The translations under genes were made by a program, and so were the position numbers. From the NCBI GenBank assembly GCA_964350735.1, contig CAYGKO010000001.1, positions 246,578 to 310,577 on the forward strand: a stretch of 64,000 nt of DNA, read 5' to 3'. Under the pieces are notes generated by a model. That model saw only the letters and a list, made by a program, of their open reading frames with translations. It ran no database searches and was not told where the DNA came from. This document shows, in pieces, positions 63,861 through 64,000 of this stretch (the first letter of the stretch is position 1; each line of letters opens with the position of its first letter). Origin of the DNA: an uncultured Candidatus Saccharibacteria bacterium. GTDB taxonomy: Bacteria > Patescibacteriota > Minisyncoccia > Phycocordibacterales > UBA918.

Positions 63861-64000
63861 ATGAATGACAGCCAAAAACCAAAAGAAACTGAAACTATTA
63901 CAAATGAAGCGGATGTAAAAGTTGCTGAAAAAGAAATCAAGACTGAAAAGCCAGATTCGGCCAAAAAAGACGATAAAAAAGGGGTTAAAATGCCGAAGAT
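63861..64000 (+). CDS. Partial CDS, charged N-terminus (MNDSQKPKETETIT...), runs off the window
   Basis: ATG after TGTATAAT; open to the window end. Confidence 0.6.
   Translation, partial: MNDSQKPKETETITNEADVKVAEKEIKTEKPDSAKKDDKKGVKMPK

Overview
64 kb of a low-Shine-Dalgarno, code-11 bacterial chromosome with the hallmarks of Patescibacteria/CPR (Parcubacteria/Paceibacteria, possibly Kaiserbacteria-like; inferred): rpmD (L30) is absent between rpsE and rplO, there are many short-leader genes, and r-protein operons are broken up by single-gene insertions. The backbone is a fragmented str/S10/spc cluster (rpsL-rpsG ... fusA ... rpsS-rplE ... rpsZ-secY ... adk-map), infC/rpmI/rplT, rpmB, smpB, tmRNA and a probable 6S RNA. 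Accessory content includes a split ComEC, SOD/MsrA/rhodanese, an NrtR-regulated NadM-Nudix/NadV NAD salvage locus, an ApbE/FMN-binding/RnfD-FNR flavinylation locus, a SET-domain protein beside a histone-H1-like protein, and two phospholipase-like genes. The most striking structure is a polar tandem array of three small integrase-less gene cassettes (mazEF; purM-like; hxlR plus STAS-like) stacked at the 3' end of tmRNA. Their junction repeats rebuild the tmRNA end and terminator and preserve a short reading frame. Also notable: msrA is nested between re-coded remnants of a second msrA, and several long hairpin/pseudoknot elements sit in intergenic spaces. I saw no rRNA, tRNA, CRISPR array, transposase or integrase. 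All calls are by eye; no searches were run.
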